From: an uncultured Methanosarcinaceae archaeon
Lineage (GTDB): Archaea; Halobacteriota; Methanosarcinia; Methanosarcinales; Methanosarcinaceae
NCBI GenBank assembly: GCA_963727895.1
Contig: CAVSHT010000011.1
Location: 286,299 to 350,298, forward strand
Direction: 5' to 3'
Length of the DNA: 64,000 bases
A program made the translations under genes and the position numbers. The notes below the pieces were generated by a model. That model was not told the origin of the DNA. It was given only the letters and a program-made list of their open reading frames with translations, and did not search any database. How positions within the stretch are numbered: the first letter of the stretch is position 1; every line of letters starts with the position of its first letter. Shown in pieces: positions 1 to 10,033 of the stretch.

Positions 1-612
1 CAACTCTTTGAGTGCTTTAAACCCATTAGTTATGCCCTTGTGATCATCATTGTTCCTCTGAACCCTTGTCTCTGGAAGGAAGGTAAGCACAACAAAAGCG
101 AATGGAAGTGAAAGTGCATAGAAAAGGAATGGATAGTTCCATCCAAAACTTGCCAGTGCTCCACCTATAAGAGGAGCAGACACCGAGCCAATGGCAAGAG
201 CTATACTAACTCTGCTCATGGCGTGGAAACTTTCATGACCTTTGTACACGTCCGCTATGACCAACATGGTCAAAGGCAGCAAGGCTGCTGCTCCTATGCC
301 CTGTATGAATCTCAAGATCAGAAGTAATTGTAGATCAGAGGTAAAATAACTTACAAGTCCTGGTAGACCATAAATCACCAGGCAGGGAACAAGTATTTTC
401 TTACGGTTTACACGGTCAATGAAATGTCCAATAACCAGTGTGAAAATAGCTGTTGAGAAAGTGAACGCTGAAATTAATAGTCCTATTTCATGGGATGTTG
501 TCTTCAGAGGTTTCACCATATCTGGCAAGACTGGAGCTAAAAGAGCTCCTCCTGCCATTGCAAAAAATGCAGTAATACAAAGCATTAGAAGATGACTGCT
601 TTTAAATTGCAT
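1..612 (-). CDS. MFS transporter (3' part runs off the window)
   Basis: Manual translation from ATG at 612: MQFKSSHLLMLCITAFFAMAGGALLAPVLPDM..., with MFS motif A-like GHFIDRVNRKK and RFIQGIG; directly downstream of the MarR gene. Confidence 0.85.
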   Translation of the reverse strand, partial: MQFKSSHLLMLCITAFFAMAGGALLAPVLPDMVKPLKTTSHEIGLLISAFTFSTAIFTLVIGHFIDRVNRKKILVPCLVIYGLPGLVSYFTSDLQLLLILRFIQGIGAAALLPLTMLVIADVYKGHESFHAMSRVSIALAIGSVSAPLIGGALASFGWNYPFLFYALSLPFAFVVLTFLPETRVQRNNDDHKGITNGFKALKEL

Positions 613-629
613 GATTTAATCTCTTTATT

Positions 630-1100
630 TTACATTATTTTGAATACATTCTCAAACATAATTTCAAGTAAATTCGTAATTTCTCTTCTTTGACTGTCAT
701 CAAAGCTGGAGAAGAGAATTTCCTCCCATTCCGAAGCTATTTTTTTCAGTTCAGGTTCAAGTTTTTTCCCTTTCTCGGTAAGAAAAATTCTGTATGATCT
801 TTTGTCCTTCTCATTTCTCTGTCGGAAAACATAACCATCATCAACAAGTTTTTTTATAGCTCTTGCAGTATTGCCTTTATCAATTTTTAGATAATTAGAA
901 AGACTCTCCTGATTGATTCCATCTTTATGATATAATCTCATAAGAAAAGGAAACTGTCCCCTTCCAATACCATATGGCTCAATTTTTTTTCCAATGTAGA
1001 TTTGTTCATATCTATAAAGGTATGAGATGGATTTTCCAATGAATTCCTTGCCACACAATTCGTTAGTATATGAGCTTCCACTGGATTCAATTGTATTCAT
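630..1100 (-). CDS. MarR family transcriptional regulator
   Basis: wHTH pattern INQESLS...IDKGNTARAIKKLVDDGYV.R...DKRSY.I.LTEKG; ATG at 1100 preferred over the TTG start in the track. Confidence 0.9.
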   Translation of the reverse strand: MNTIESSGSSYTNELCGKEFIGKSISYLYRYEQIYIGKKIEPYGIGRGQFPFLMRLYHKDGINQESLSNYLKIDKGNTARAIKKLVDDGYVFRQRNEKDKRSYRIFLTEKGKKLEPELKKIASEWEEILFSSFDDSQRREITNLLEIMFENVFKIM

Positions 1101-1132
1101 TTCTATTATCCACCAGATTGTCCTATTAATAT

Positions 1133-1171
1133 AGTTGTTATTTACAACCAATTTACTTGTAGATAACAACT
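1133..1171. promoter_or_regulatory. Candidate MarR operator (inverted repeat)
   Basis: AGTTGTTATTTACAA-N9-TTGTAGATAACAACT (14/15 inverted match) between a TATA-like tract (1172-1183) and the marR start. Confidence 0.5.
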
Positions 1172-1646
1172 TTTATTATATATAATTGTTGATACAACTA
1201 ATTGGTTACAAAATTTTGATAATGAACCCATTCAGGACTGATTCGGTTGTAAAAATTCAGAATAAAACCAATGAAAAGTTTAATTGATGCATAGGTTTTA
1301 CATCAAAACCTATACATACAACAGAGATATCCTACAATTTTCCGCCAAAACTAGCTCAAAAAAGTCAAAATGAATATGTTTCGTGAAAATCAATGTAAAA
1401 AATAGACGGACATCTGGTCTATAAGCACATTGGGAAGAGAAAGGTTATGGCATACAGGCCAGAAAATCCCGCATGATACTATTTCTCTGTATTCAGTTAA
1501 TTCATGCCGAAAAACTGGTAAGAAGCTATAAAACAGGTCCGAAAACGCAGTAATTTTTTGATAAAACGCTTGGATGTATGTAGACTAACTTTGTATGGAA
1601 TTTTATACACTGTTATTTATCATCTATTGTAAAGCTTTAATACAAC

Positions 1647-1762
1647 CGTTGCGCCGGTTGATCACGCCGATAGGATTTGGGGATAAAGCCATCAAACTCA
1701 AAGGTTGCCAGAGAGGTTTTCGCTCAAGCCTTTTTTGAAAAGGCTTGTGAAAAGGCATGTGG
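1647..1762. repeat. Dispersed intergenic palindromic repeat, copy 1
   Basis: CGTTGCGCCGGTTGATCACGCC plus hairpin CAAGCCTTTT-TTG-AAAAGGCTTG; related sequences at about 48.9 kb and 51.1 kb. Confidence 0.6.
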
Positions 1763-1763
1763 T

Positions 1764-2552
1764 TCACCAGTATACCAGATAGTTAAATAGTTCATCAACT
1801 TCATCTTTATATTCTTCAAAAAAGCTATAGCTTTTTACAAGATAGCCTTCGGCAGGAAGGTCTTCAAGGTAGCCATACCAGTAAACAACCATACCTTCTC
1901 CGAAGATATTTGCATATTCCTGGAATTGTTTCTTTGAATAATGTTCGTGTTCGAAATCGTCCCCAAAGAGTGCTTTGCTTTCAATCCAATTGACCATACT
2001 ATTGTCTACACATATAGGGTTTGCCAGAACAAAATCTGGAGTCTTGCCTTCTCCTTTAGCCCGAATATCTGCTTCGGTAAAATATGAAATTTCCCTATCA
2101 TCAAGCCATTTTTGGATAACTGCTTCTCCCATCACACCTTTCTTACATTGCATCTCATGAGCATGAGGGGAGAAAAAATGATCCGCTTCAAGGGCTTTTT
2201 TAACTTCTTTTCTAAGACGTCGGTTCTCAATTAAATCCACATTCTTGAAAAGACAGTTTATATTTTTCTTGGAAATTTCACAATTCTTCATAATAAGTGA
2301 TGCCATAAGGGTAGGTGGAAATCCTGCATATTCAGCAAGATCAAGAATTGTACGTCCTTGCTTCCATTTTAAAAAAATTTCGCTTTCTCTAGAATAAACC
2401 TTCCTGTGTTTGAACCTTGTCTTTTTCACTACTTTCTGGTTGAGAATCGTTGCAAGCATGCCTACAGGTTTGGAATATTCATCTGAAAGACGAAAAACAT
2501 CTTTAAAGTCATGTAGTGATCTATATATTATCTGGTATGTCTGGCGGTCCAT
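1764..2552 (-). CDS. C15orf41/TPD-domain family protein (PD-(D/E)xK-like)
   Basis: KTPDF...VNWIESKALFGD...QF..Y...FGEG.VVYWYG motif. Confidence 0.8.
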   Translation of the reverse strand: MDRQTYQIIYRSLHDFKDVFRLSDEYSKPVGMLATILNQKVVKKTRFKHRKVYSRESEIFLKWKQGRTILDLAEYAGFPPTLMASLIMKNCEISKKNINCLFKNVDLIENRRLRKEVKKALEADHFFSPHAHEMQCKKGVMGEAVIQKWLDDREISYFTEADIRAKGEGKTPDFVLANPICVDNSMVNWIESKALFGDDFEHEHYSKKQFQEYANIFGEGMVVYWYGYLEDLPAEGYLVKSYSFFEEYKDEVDELFNYLVYW

Positions 2553-3022
2553 CCTGAATCATCGTATCCTTTTTTGTTTTCTTACCGGGCATACAAAATG
2601 AAAGTTCAGTAGCATGAGAGATAAACTTCTATATCAAAAGTATCTCTAAACATGCAATTGATTTTTCTTATTTATGCTCATGGTTAATAACCATAAGTAA
2701 TGCCTTAAAACTCTATATTTGACTTTTTAAGAAATCTGAGAGATTACTCAGGAATGCTGGAATGAAATAAACATATATTATCTGGTATGTCTGGCGGTCC
2801 ATCCTGAATCATCGTATCCTTTTTTGTTTTCTTACCGGGCATACAAAATGAAAGTTCAGTAGCATGAGAGACAAACTTCTATATCAAAAGTATCTCTAAA
2901 CATGCAATTGATTTTTCTTATTTATGCTCATGGTTAATAACCATAAGTAATGCCTTAAAACTCTATATTTGGCTTTTTAAGAAATCTGGGAGATTACTCA
3001 GGAATGCTGGAATGAAATAAAC
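2523..3022. repeat. Tandem duplication, 2 x 250 bp
   Basis: 2523-2772 and 2773-3022 are identical except for 3 substitutions (2622/2872, 2722/2972, 2739/2989). Confidence 0.95.
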
Positions 3023-3100
3023 TTTTTTCTTTCACGGGTGAGAGATCCTTTTCCAGAAAATCTGCTGTATATCTAGCCAATTTTTCTTGAAGAATTTTGA

Positions 3101-3805
3101 TTAGCTCCAGAAATCTTCATCTTTGGTATCTTGAAGGTCTATTTTCATCACTTCATCAAGCTTCTCACGTTTTTCTCTAATTTCAGATAATTTTTTTGTG
3201 TTCTTATCTCTTCCTGATCGGTAAGAATTTTCTTTTTTATCAGTATCAGAAGCTACAAAAATCGTCGTGTGCTTATCATTTAAAATAATTTTTTCCTGAA
3301 CGATTGGTCTTTCTTTTACTCTCGTCTGCATTTTTGTACATATGATCTTATTTTTTTCAGGTACTTCTTCTAATTTATATTCCATGTTCATGGAAGCTTT
3401 TTCTAAATCAACATCATTTGACCTTTCTTTTAGCTTTTCGTCATAATTTTCTTTAAGCTTCGGATCAGGCTTCCTTACAGTTTCTTCCTGGAAGGGCCAG
3501 TTATGAGTTCTTTTTTCATTTTTCCTTTCAACAAGTTTCTTGTTTTCTACAAGCCTTGACGGAATCCAGTCTCCTTTTTCAGAGACGCTTTTTCTTTTCG
3601 AAATGGGATTTCTGCCTAATTTACGGAAAGTTTCTTCAGCGTAAGTATCCTTATTCCTTTCCGATTTTTCGGATGTCTTACGTGTTGTGCTATAGCCTAT
3701 AAGGCAGGTAGGTTCTTTTGTTCTCCACTCCAGGCAGAAGAGATGACATTCCCGCCCTTTGCACATCTGGCTTTCATCAAGTGGACATATTTCTGGAAGG
3801 GTCAT
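3101..3805 (-). CDS. Hypothetical protein with N-terminal Cys cluster and charged low-complexity tail
   Basis: 234-aa ORF, CP...C...C..FC...CL N-terminus. Confidence 0.7.
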   Translation of the reverse strand: MTLPEICPLDESQMCKGRECHLFCLEWRTKEPTCLIGYSTTRKTSEKSERNKDTYAEETFRKLGRNPISKRKSVSEKGDWIPSRLVENKKLVERKNEKRTHNWPFQEETVRKPDPKLKENYDEKLKERSNDVDLEKASMNMEYKLEEVPEKNKIICTKMQTRVKERPIVQEKIILNDKHTTIFVASDTDKKENSYRSGRDKNTKKLSEIREKREKLDEVMKIDLQDTKDEDFWS

Positions 3806-3871
3806 AATACTAAAGACAACAGAATATAAAAAATAGTTAACGGTAATAAATATTAAAATATTTGACCAGAG

Positions 3872-4717
3872 TTATTTGAGAACATCAGCAATCAAAGGCG
3901 CAACGCTGAGTCTGCTTTCTGCTTTCTCAAGGGTATCGGTGCCGATTATATCTTTCACACCTGCATTGAAGAGTCTTAAAACTGCGTTCCTTGCAAGTAC
4001 AGGATGTACGCAGGCAATGTAAACTTCTGCTGCTCCCTGCTTTCTTAGCATCCTTATAGACTCGGCCATTGTTCCGCCTGTCGCAATCATATCATCTACA
4101 AGAACGACCTGTCTACCTGTTACATCGAGATTTTTTGTTTTGATTACAACTGTATCTCCGCTCAACCTGGTTTTCTCCAGATGATCGTGATCAAAATCCA
4201 TATCTGATGACACATTTTTCACGAGTTCTTCAGCTCCGGAATCAGGAGCAAGCAGAAGAGGATTTTTCAGGTCGAGACTTGCAATATGTTCTCCAACCAG
4301 TTTGGCAGCTTCAAGGTTGTATGCTGGTCCTGCAAAGTGTTCAAGAACGCTTTCTTCGTGGATGTTTACTGTAAATATTTTGTCAGCATTAATACAACGG
4401 GCAATTGCACGGGCACTAATAGGTTCTCCAGACTTGAATTTCGTATCCTGTCTGGCGTATCCCATGTATGGAATCACGACATTGAGTTTTTTTGCTCCTT
4501 CACAGGCATCGATAAGCTGGAGTAAAGAAACAAGATCTGAATCGCTGGGCGTGCTCTGGATGAGGGTCACATGTTCATTTTCGATCTCATCAGCGATTCG
4601 GAGATAAAGTTCTCCATCAGGAAAACGATTAAACTCGGAAAGTACAGGCTCTGTTCCTAAAGCCCGGGCAGTGCGGCTGGCAAGTAATTGTGATGCTGGT
4701 CCACCTATGATCTTCAA
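3872..4717 (-). CDS. prs: Ribose-phosphate diphosphokinase
   Basis: FPDGE, PYMGYARQD, VDDMIATGGTM motifs; TTG start at 4717 after a GAGGT RBS. Confidence 0.95.
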   Translation of the reverse strand: MKIIGGPASQLLASRTARALGTEPVLSEFNRFPDGELYLRIADEIENEHVTLIQSTPSDSDLVSLLQLIDACEGAKKLNVVIPYMGYARQDTKFKSGEPISARAIARCINADKIFTVNIHEESVLEHFAGPAYNLEAAKLVGEHIASLDLKNPLLLAPDSGAEELVKNVSSDMDFDHDHLEKTRLSGDTVVIKTKNLDVTGRQVVLVDDMIATGGTMAESIRMLRKQGAAEVYIACVHPVLARNAVLRLFNAGVKDIIGTDTLEKAESRLSVAPLIADVLK

Positions 4718-4793
4718 GATATATACCTCAGTCTGCCGTCTTGATATATCCCATCCTTTAAAAAGCTTATTTTTAATGTGTTTACTCTGGACT

Positions 4794-5261
4794 TCATCCT
4801 TTAAGCTTTTCAAGTACTCTTATATTTTGTATTGAAGTATTTGGATAATTTCCAGTCTCATCTTTTTCCACAGATTTCACCATATCCCATATCGTCAGCA
4901 GGGCTGCCGAAACTCCTGTGAGTGCTTCCATCTCAACTTCGGTTTTTCCGACGTTTCTGACGTCTACTGTAACCGAAATCAGTTTTATTTCTATCTTAAA
5001 ATCCACATCTATGCTAGTAATTGGGATCTGGTGACACATTGGAATTAGTTCTGGAGTTTTTTTAATCGCAAGTATGGCTGCAACCCGTGCAGTTGCAAGT
5101 ACGTTTCCTTTCTCCACACTTCCGGCTTTTATCATCTCTATAGTCTCCCCAGAAAGTATAATTTCCCCTGAAGCTCTGGCAAATCTCTGTATATCACGTT
5201 TTTCGCTGATATCTACCATATGTGCTCTACCGGACTCAATATGAGTAAACTGCTTTTCCAC
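4794..5261 (-). CDS. moaC: Cyclic pyranopterin monophosphate synthase
   Basis: HMVDISEK, LIPMCH, VEMEAL, IWDMVKS motifs; GTG start inferred. Confidence 0.95.
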   Translation of the reverse strand: MEKQFTHIESGRAHMVDISEKRDIQRFARASGEIILSGETIEMIKAGSVEKGNVLATARVAAILAIKKTPELIPMCHQIPITSIDVDFKIEIKLISVTVDVRNVGKTEVEMEALTGVSAALLTIWDMVKSVEKDETGNYPNTSIQNIRVLEKLKG

Positions 5262-5347
5262 AAAATCACCGTATTTTTTCTTTTCGGTTTGAATCAAATC
5301 CGATTTTCATTTTCTTTATATACTTTATCAATTTATTTTTTCACACT

Positions 5348-5530
5348 TCAAATTCTGAGATTCTTTCTCTGTGAATAGTCTTCAAGCACTTTTTCTAGCT
5401 CTCTTTCAAGTTCTCTGGCTTCTTCAAGGTTGAGTTTTATAACCTGTTCATCTTCCCCGTGAAAAATCGTAACTCTTATCCGGTTTCTTTCAATTTCCAG
5501 CTTGATTTTCCTTTCAATCCCCTGTAACAT
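5348..5530 (-). CDS. Small hypothetical protein
   Basis: 60-aa ORF with a strong GGAGGT RBS, co-oriented with moaC and prs. Confidence 0.7.
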   Translation of the reverse strand: MLQGIERKIKLEIERNRIRVTIFHGEDEQVIKLNLEEARELERELEKVLEDYSQRKNLRI

Positions 5531-6154
5531 ACAAATTACCTCCCTATTTTATGTATTTGGAATGTTTCAAGTTTGCAACATATCATTATCAATTATGATT
5601 TTTGATTAATTGTAGTATTAAAATATGGTAGTGGATGTAAGTTATGAAGAACATATGTACAAAACTCTCTCTACAGATTTTCTCAAATAAGATGAATGTA
5701 CTTGCTTTTTAGGAATTGATCAATAGCTCGCATACACGACCTAATACATTATTGAATATGTTGTTTAATATCTTAGACATTACCTTCTGTGATCATTGTT
5801 TTTAAGATTTTTCTAGATACTAATGTAGCTTTTTTGAGGGCTCTTCTCAGAAATAGTCAACTTCACTTATATAAAAAGTTACAATCTCATAAATTATTAA
5901 TTTCACAAAAATAAAATTAAATATATAGTTGAAAAAGTTTACATAGAATAACTGACTTAAATATCTTTGCATATTTAATAATAAATTATTATTAATGGGC
6001 TTATCTTAAAATCATTTTAATTTTTTCTAAAAAAATTTTGATAATTAGAGTCATAATCAGAAACTCTATTGATAATTCTAAATATAAGGCTTAGATAAGC
6101 AATTTTAGATTTTGGGGTCAGCTCATTATATAAATTCAAAAACTGAGGGTTAAT

Positions 6155-7849
6155 ATGGAGAGTAATAAAACCTCTAAAAAGCTGATTCTATTAAATGCCT
6201 TGGGAATAATAGTACTGGTATTCTTAATACTGGTTAGTATCACAGGCGCAGAACCATTTGGCAATGATGGAAATTCTAAATATTTAACCAGGGAAGATGC
6301 TTCGAAGGTCAATGAACCTGTTTCGAATCCTTACTTAGCGTCCTCACTGTATGCCATCACCCACTTTGACTCTTCCCAGAGTGACTCTACGCCTTATGGG
6401 CCTCCCTGCGGTGTTTTCACTATAGATCCAACGAAAGAACCGATTGTTTACGGTGGCCCAATTAACATAATGACTCTTGCCTCAACAGACAAGGACTATA
6501 TGTGGGCAGTCGGCACCGATCGCGTAAGCTACGTTAATATTTCAGGCAATAATTGGACTGCGGTGGCAGAATATGAGGCACTTGCCAATGCGACAAACAA
6601 CAAATTACCGGCTATTCCTTATAAAAATTTAAGCACTTTCGGCAAGTCGTCTGCTGTAGGAATGAGCGCAACCTCGATGGATAGTTACTTAAAAAGCCTT
6701 TTCAGTGAAAATTATTCAGCTCGCTTCGGGAATGGAGGATATTCGGTAGTCGATAACAAAAACGTACTCTATGTCAATTATGGTAATAACATCTATGCAT
6801 TTGCACTAAAGAATCCTTGCAAACCATCCGAAGGCATAAAAACGTGCTATATGATAGAAGATGTAGTAACTGCTATTCAGGGTAAGAACCATCTTTCAAG
6901 CGTTAGAGTATCTGGCCTTTCCATGACATACGATGGTCATCTTATTATCATATTCAGCAATGGTGTAGCAGTCGCCGACCGCGCCCTCAACACTACTTGT
7001 GCATCTTTTTGCCAGTTTAATGACAGTGAATACGTTAGCAACTCAGTTGCAGTAGATGAAAACAACGGTATATATGTAGCTAGCGATAGTGTCATGCACA
7101 AACTCGTCTGGACTGGTACAAAACTTTCAGACGATGAAGCTGACGGTGCGTGGTCGCAAGAATACACAAATTCGGTACAGCCTCCTATGATTAAGATGGG
7201 CAATGGAACAGGGTCTACCCCAACACTAATGGGATTTGGTAATGACAAGGATAAACTTGTGGTCATAACCGATGGTGCTAAACGGATGAACCTGGTGGCA
7301 TTCTGGCGTGACAAAATTCCCCACGGATCCCAACGCATCGCTGACCAAATTCCAGTAACCTGTGGTTTGCCAAATGATACTGAGTGGATACAGTCAGAGC
7401 AGTCTGTAGTGGTATATGGATACGGGGCCTTTGTCGTGAATAATATGCCGGAAACTTTTGATTCTAACCTTGAAGGTAAGAACAAGATTTTTCAGGTCTC
7501 ACTCATGGGCCCAGCATCTTCTACCTCTTATGGCGCTGAACGCTTCCAATGGAATACATCAACGCATAAATGGACTTCTGTATGGTCACGATCAGATGTC
7601 TCATCGACAAGCATGATCCCAATCCACAGCGTGTCAGGTAATATGGCTCTTATCAATGGTTATCAATCTCCAGACGGATGGGAAATTCTCGGACTTGACT
7701 GGGATACTGGCAAAACAGTTCATAAGACTGTCTTTGGAGATTTGAACTTCGGAAACGGTGCATATGCAGTTCTGCAGTATCTGAATAATGATGATCTGAT
7801 TTTCAATTCAATATCAGGCCCGATTCGTATCCATTACGACCAGAAATAA
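6155..7849 (+). CDS. Secreted hypothetical protein (beta-rich)
   Basis: 564 aa, N-terminal signal peptide, many N-x-S/T sequons, GTGSTPTLMGFG...LVVITDG segment. Confidence 0.85.
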   Translation: MESNKTSKKLILLNALGIIVLVFLILVSITGAEPFGNDGNSKYLTREDASKVNEPVSNPYLASSLYAITHFDSSQSDSTPYGPPCGVFTIDPTKEPIVYGGPINIMTLASTDKDYMWAVGTDRVSYVNISGNNWTAVAEYEALANATNNKLPAIPYKNLSTFGKSSAVGMSATSMDSYLKSLFSENYSARFGNGGYSVVDNKNVLYVNYGNNIYAFALKNPCKPSEGIKTCYMIEDVVTAIQGKNHLSSVRVSGLSMTYDGHLIIIFSNGVAVADRALNTTCASFCQFNDSEYVSNSVAVDENNGIYVASDSVMHKLVWTGTKLSDDEADGAWSQEYTNSVQPPMIKMGNGTGSTPTLMGFGNDKDKLVVITDGAKRMNLVAFWRDKIPHGSQRIADQIPVTCGLPNDTEWIQSEQSVVVYGYGAFVVNNMPETFDSNLEGKNKIFQVSLMGPASSTSYGAERFQWNTSTHKWTSVWSRSDVSSTSMIPIHSVSGNMALINGYQSPDGWEILGLDWDTGKTVHKTVFGDLNFGNGAYAVLQYLNNDDLIFNSISGPIRIHYDQK

Positions 7850-7939
7850 TTCGGAGGGAAATCTCCTTTTCAAGAAAAAAATATAGTGTCACATACAACG
7901 GTAAAATGTTGTAAAATTATATTGCTATAACTTACATAG

Positions 7940-7958
7940 TTGCCTGCTTTGCAGGCAA
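7940..7958 (+). terminator. Hairpin followed by T-tract between convergent genes
   Basis: TTGCCTGC-TTT-GCAGGCAA then TTTTTT. Confidence 0.45.
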
Positions 7959-8090
7959 TTTTTTAATTTCCCTAAATCTATCTTAAAGTGGGGATTGGAG
8001 ATATCTCTAAAGTTAAATCTTCTAATGTTAAATTAATTGCAATAGTAGATTTATAGAACTAGAATGAACTTTGAGATTTTTTTCTCTTTT

Positions 8091-9599
8091 TTATCCTATT
8101 TCAGCTTCTTTAATTATTCTTGGAATATTTTCTATAACGTCCGTTGCAAGCAACCCGTTTCCTGCCTTTTCAAAAGCCAGATCTCCAGCTGCTCCATTTA
8201 TGTATGCAGCACAGGTTGCCGAAAGAAATGCAGGATTTCTGGAAAACAACGATCCTGTAAGGCCTGCAAGGACATCTCCTGTACCTCCTACGGTCATGCC
8301 TGCATTTCCTGTCCTGTTCAGAAGGATCTGTTTTCCATCCGATATAATATCGATTTTTCCTTTGAGAAGTGTTACGACGCCTTTTTCCTCGGAAAATTCC
8401 CTCACAACTTTAATACGGGCTTCCTCACTTTCGGGAGTTTCCATGTTTCTCAGAAGGGTAAATTCTCTGGCATGAGGGGTTACTATTAGTTCACAATTGC
8501 CTGCAAGGCTTTCAAAGATATTGCCTGAGAGGGCTGAAAGTATATCGGCATCAAGAACGGCTTTCCTGCAAAAGGGTAGGATTTTCCTGACGGTTTCCAT
8601 GGTTTCTGTTGCTCTTCCAAGTCCCATTCCCATTACTACTACATCATGGGAATTTATAAGATCTACAAGAATAGAAAAATCATCGGGGCAGAGGATCTCT
8701 GAAGAAAGTTTTCGGACGATTAGATTTGGAGAATAAGATGCTACAGTTTTGGCTACAGACACAGGAACTGTTACGGTTACAAGATCTGCTCCTGATTTCA
8801 GCGCTGCAAGACCTGCAAAAGTCGGAGCTCCTGAATATGGTCCACCTCCTATAACAAGAATTTTTCCGGAATCTCCTTTGTGCCCTTTCGATTCTCTCTT
8901 GCTTAGCATCATCAGGTCTCCAGGGCCGACATATTTTTCGGCGTCTGCAAAGATCCCTATCTCTGCAACCTTTATTACTCCAGTATATTCTTTTGCTCCT
9001 TCATTTAAAAGTCCAATCTTCATATGGTGAAATGTAACTGTAAGCTCTGCATTTACAGCTTTTTCAAAACTTCCTCCATCAGGATCAAGTCCTGAAGGAA
9101 TATCAATTGAAATTATTTTTTTCCCTTTTTTCCCTTCTCTATTTATAAAATCGATAGCCTTTGATTCAGGCTCTCTTATTTTTCTCTTTACTCCGGTCCC
9201 GAATATGGCGTCTACAAGTAGATCAGCTTCTGAAAACCAGTTAGACGCTTCAACTTCAAGCTGGCTTGAATCCGTTATTTCAAGTGCCTCGACGCGGCTG
9301 AATTTCAGAAGGGAATAATTGTGAAGAGCTTCATTTGTTCCTATATCTCTGGCTTTTCCTAACAGGATTACCTTTACAGTGTATCTTGAAAAACCTGCAA
9401 GATGTCTGGCGGCAACAAAAGCATCTCCTCCATTGTTTCCCCTGCCTGCAACAAAAAGTATTTTCCCGCTTTCAAGTTTTTCTCTTGCGTTCTGTGCAAT
9501 AATGGCTCCTGCATTTTCCATTAACTGGACAGGTAGAAGCCCAAGGCATTCGCAGTTTTTGTCTATTGCTTTCATCTTTGAAGAACTGATACACTTCAT
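8091..9599 (-). CDS. nnr: Bifunctional NAD(P)H-hydrate epimerase/dehydratase
   Basis: LMENAG, GNNGGD, DAIFGTG, DIPSG (YjeF-N); HKGDSG, TPH..EF, GGTGDVLAG (kinase-like domain). Confidence 0.95.
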   Translation of the reverse strand: MKCISSSKMKAIDKNCECLGLLPVQLMENAGAIIAQNAREKLESGKILFVAGRGNNGGDAFVAARHLAGFSRYTVKVILLGKARDIGTNEALHNYSLLKFSRVEALEITDSSQLEVEASNWFSEADLLVDAIFGTGVKRKIREPESKAIDFINREGKKGKKIISIDIPSGLDPDGGSFEKAVNAELTVTFHHMKIGLLNEGAKEYTGVIKVAEIGIFADAEKYVGPGDLMMLSKRESKGHKGDSGKILVIGGGPYSGAPTFAGLAALKSGADLVTVTVPVSVAKTVASYSPNLIVRKLSSEILCPDDFSILVDLINSHDVVVMGMGLGRATETMETVRKILPFCRKAVLDADILSALSGNIFESLAGNCELIVTPHAREFTLLRNMETPESEEARIKVVREFSEEKGVVTLLKGKIDIISDGKQILLNRTGNAGMTVGGTGDVLAGLTGSLFSRNPAFLSATCAAYINGAAGDLAFEKAGNGLLATDVIENIPRIIKEAEIG

Positions 9600-10033
9600 G
9601 GTAATTACCTTCCTACCTATCTCATTTTGTTTCCTGTTACTTATCTACTACTCAAATATTTCTGCAAGCCTCGGTTCGCTGGCTTATAGACTATTTTAGG
9701 AATTATTATATATTTCAGAGTAATTGAAGTAATTTATTATATTTTTGCATCAAGGAAAACCTATTTGATGTCATTATGTATATTACGTTAAACTCCAATA
9801 TAATTAATATCGGAATTACTAAATTTTCATGAAAAACAGCACTTATTCCTTATGTGTATGATTCGCAAAGTATAATTTCATAAGAGTATTTAATTAGTAA
9901 AAATAATGTTCTAAAACTACGGCTAGCCTTACAGTTAACTAACTGTAGTAAAACGTGAACAGGTAGGACTCTGATCAAATGTTTGCTTTCCTTTGCACGT
10001 GTCTGGACTTATATAATATAGGGAGGACTATTT

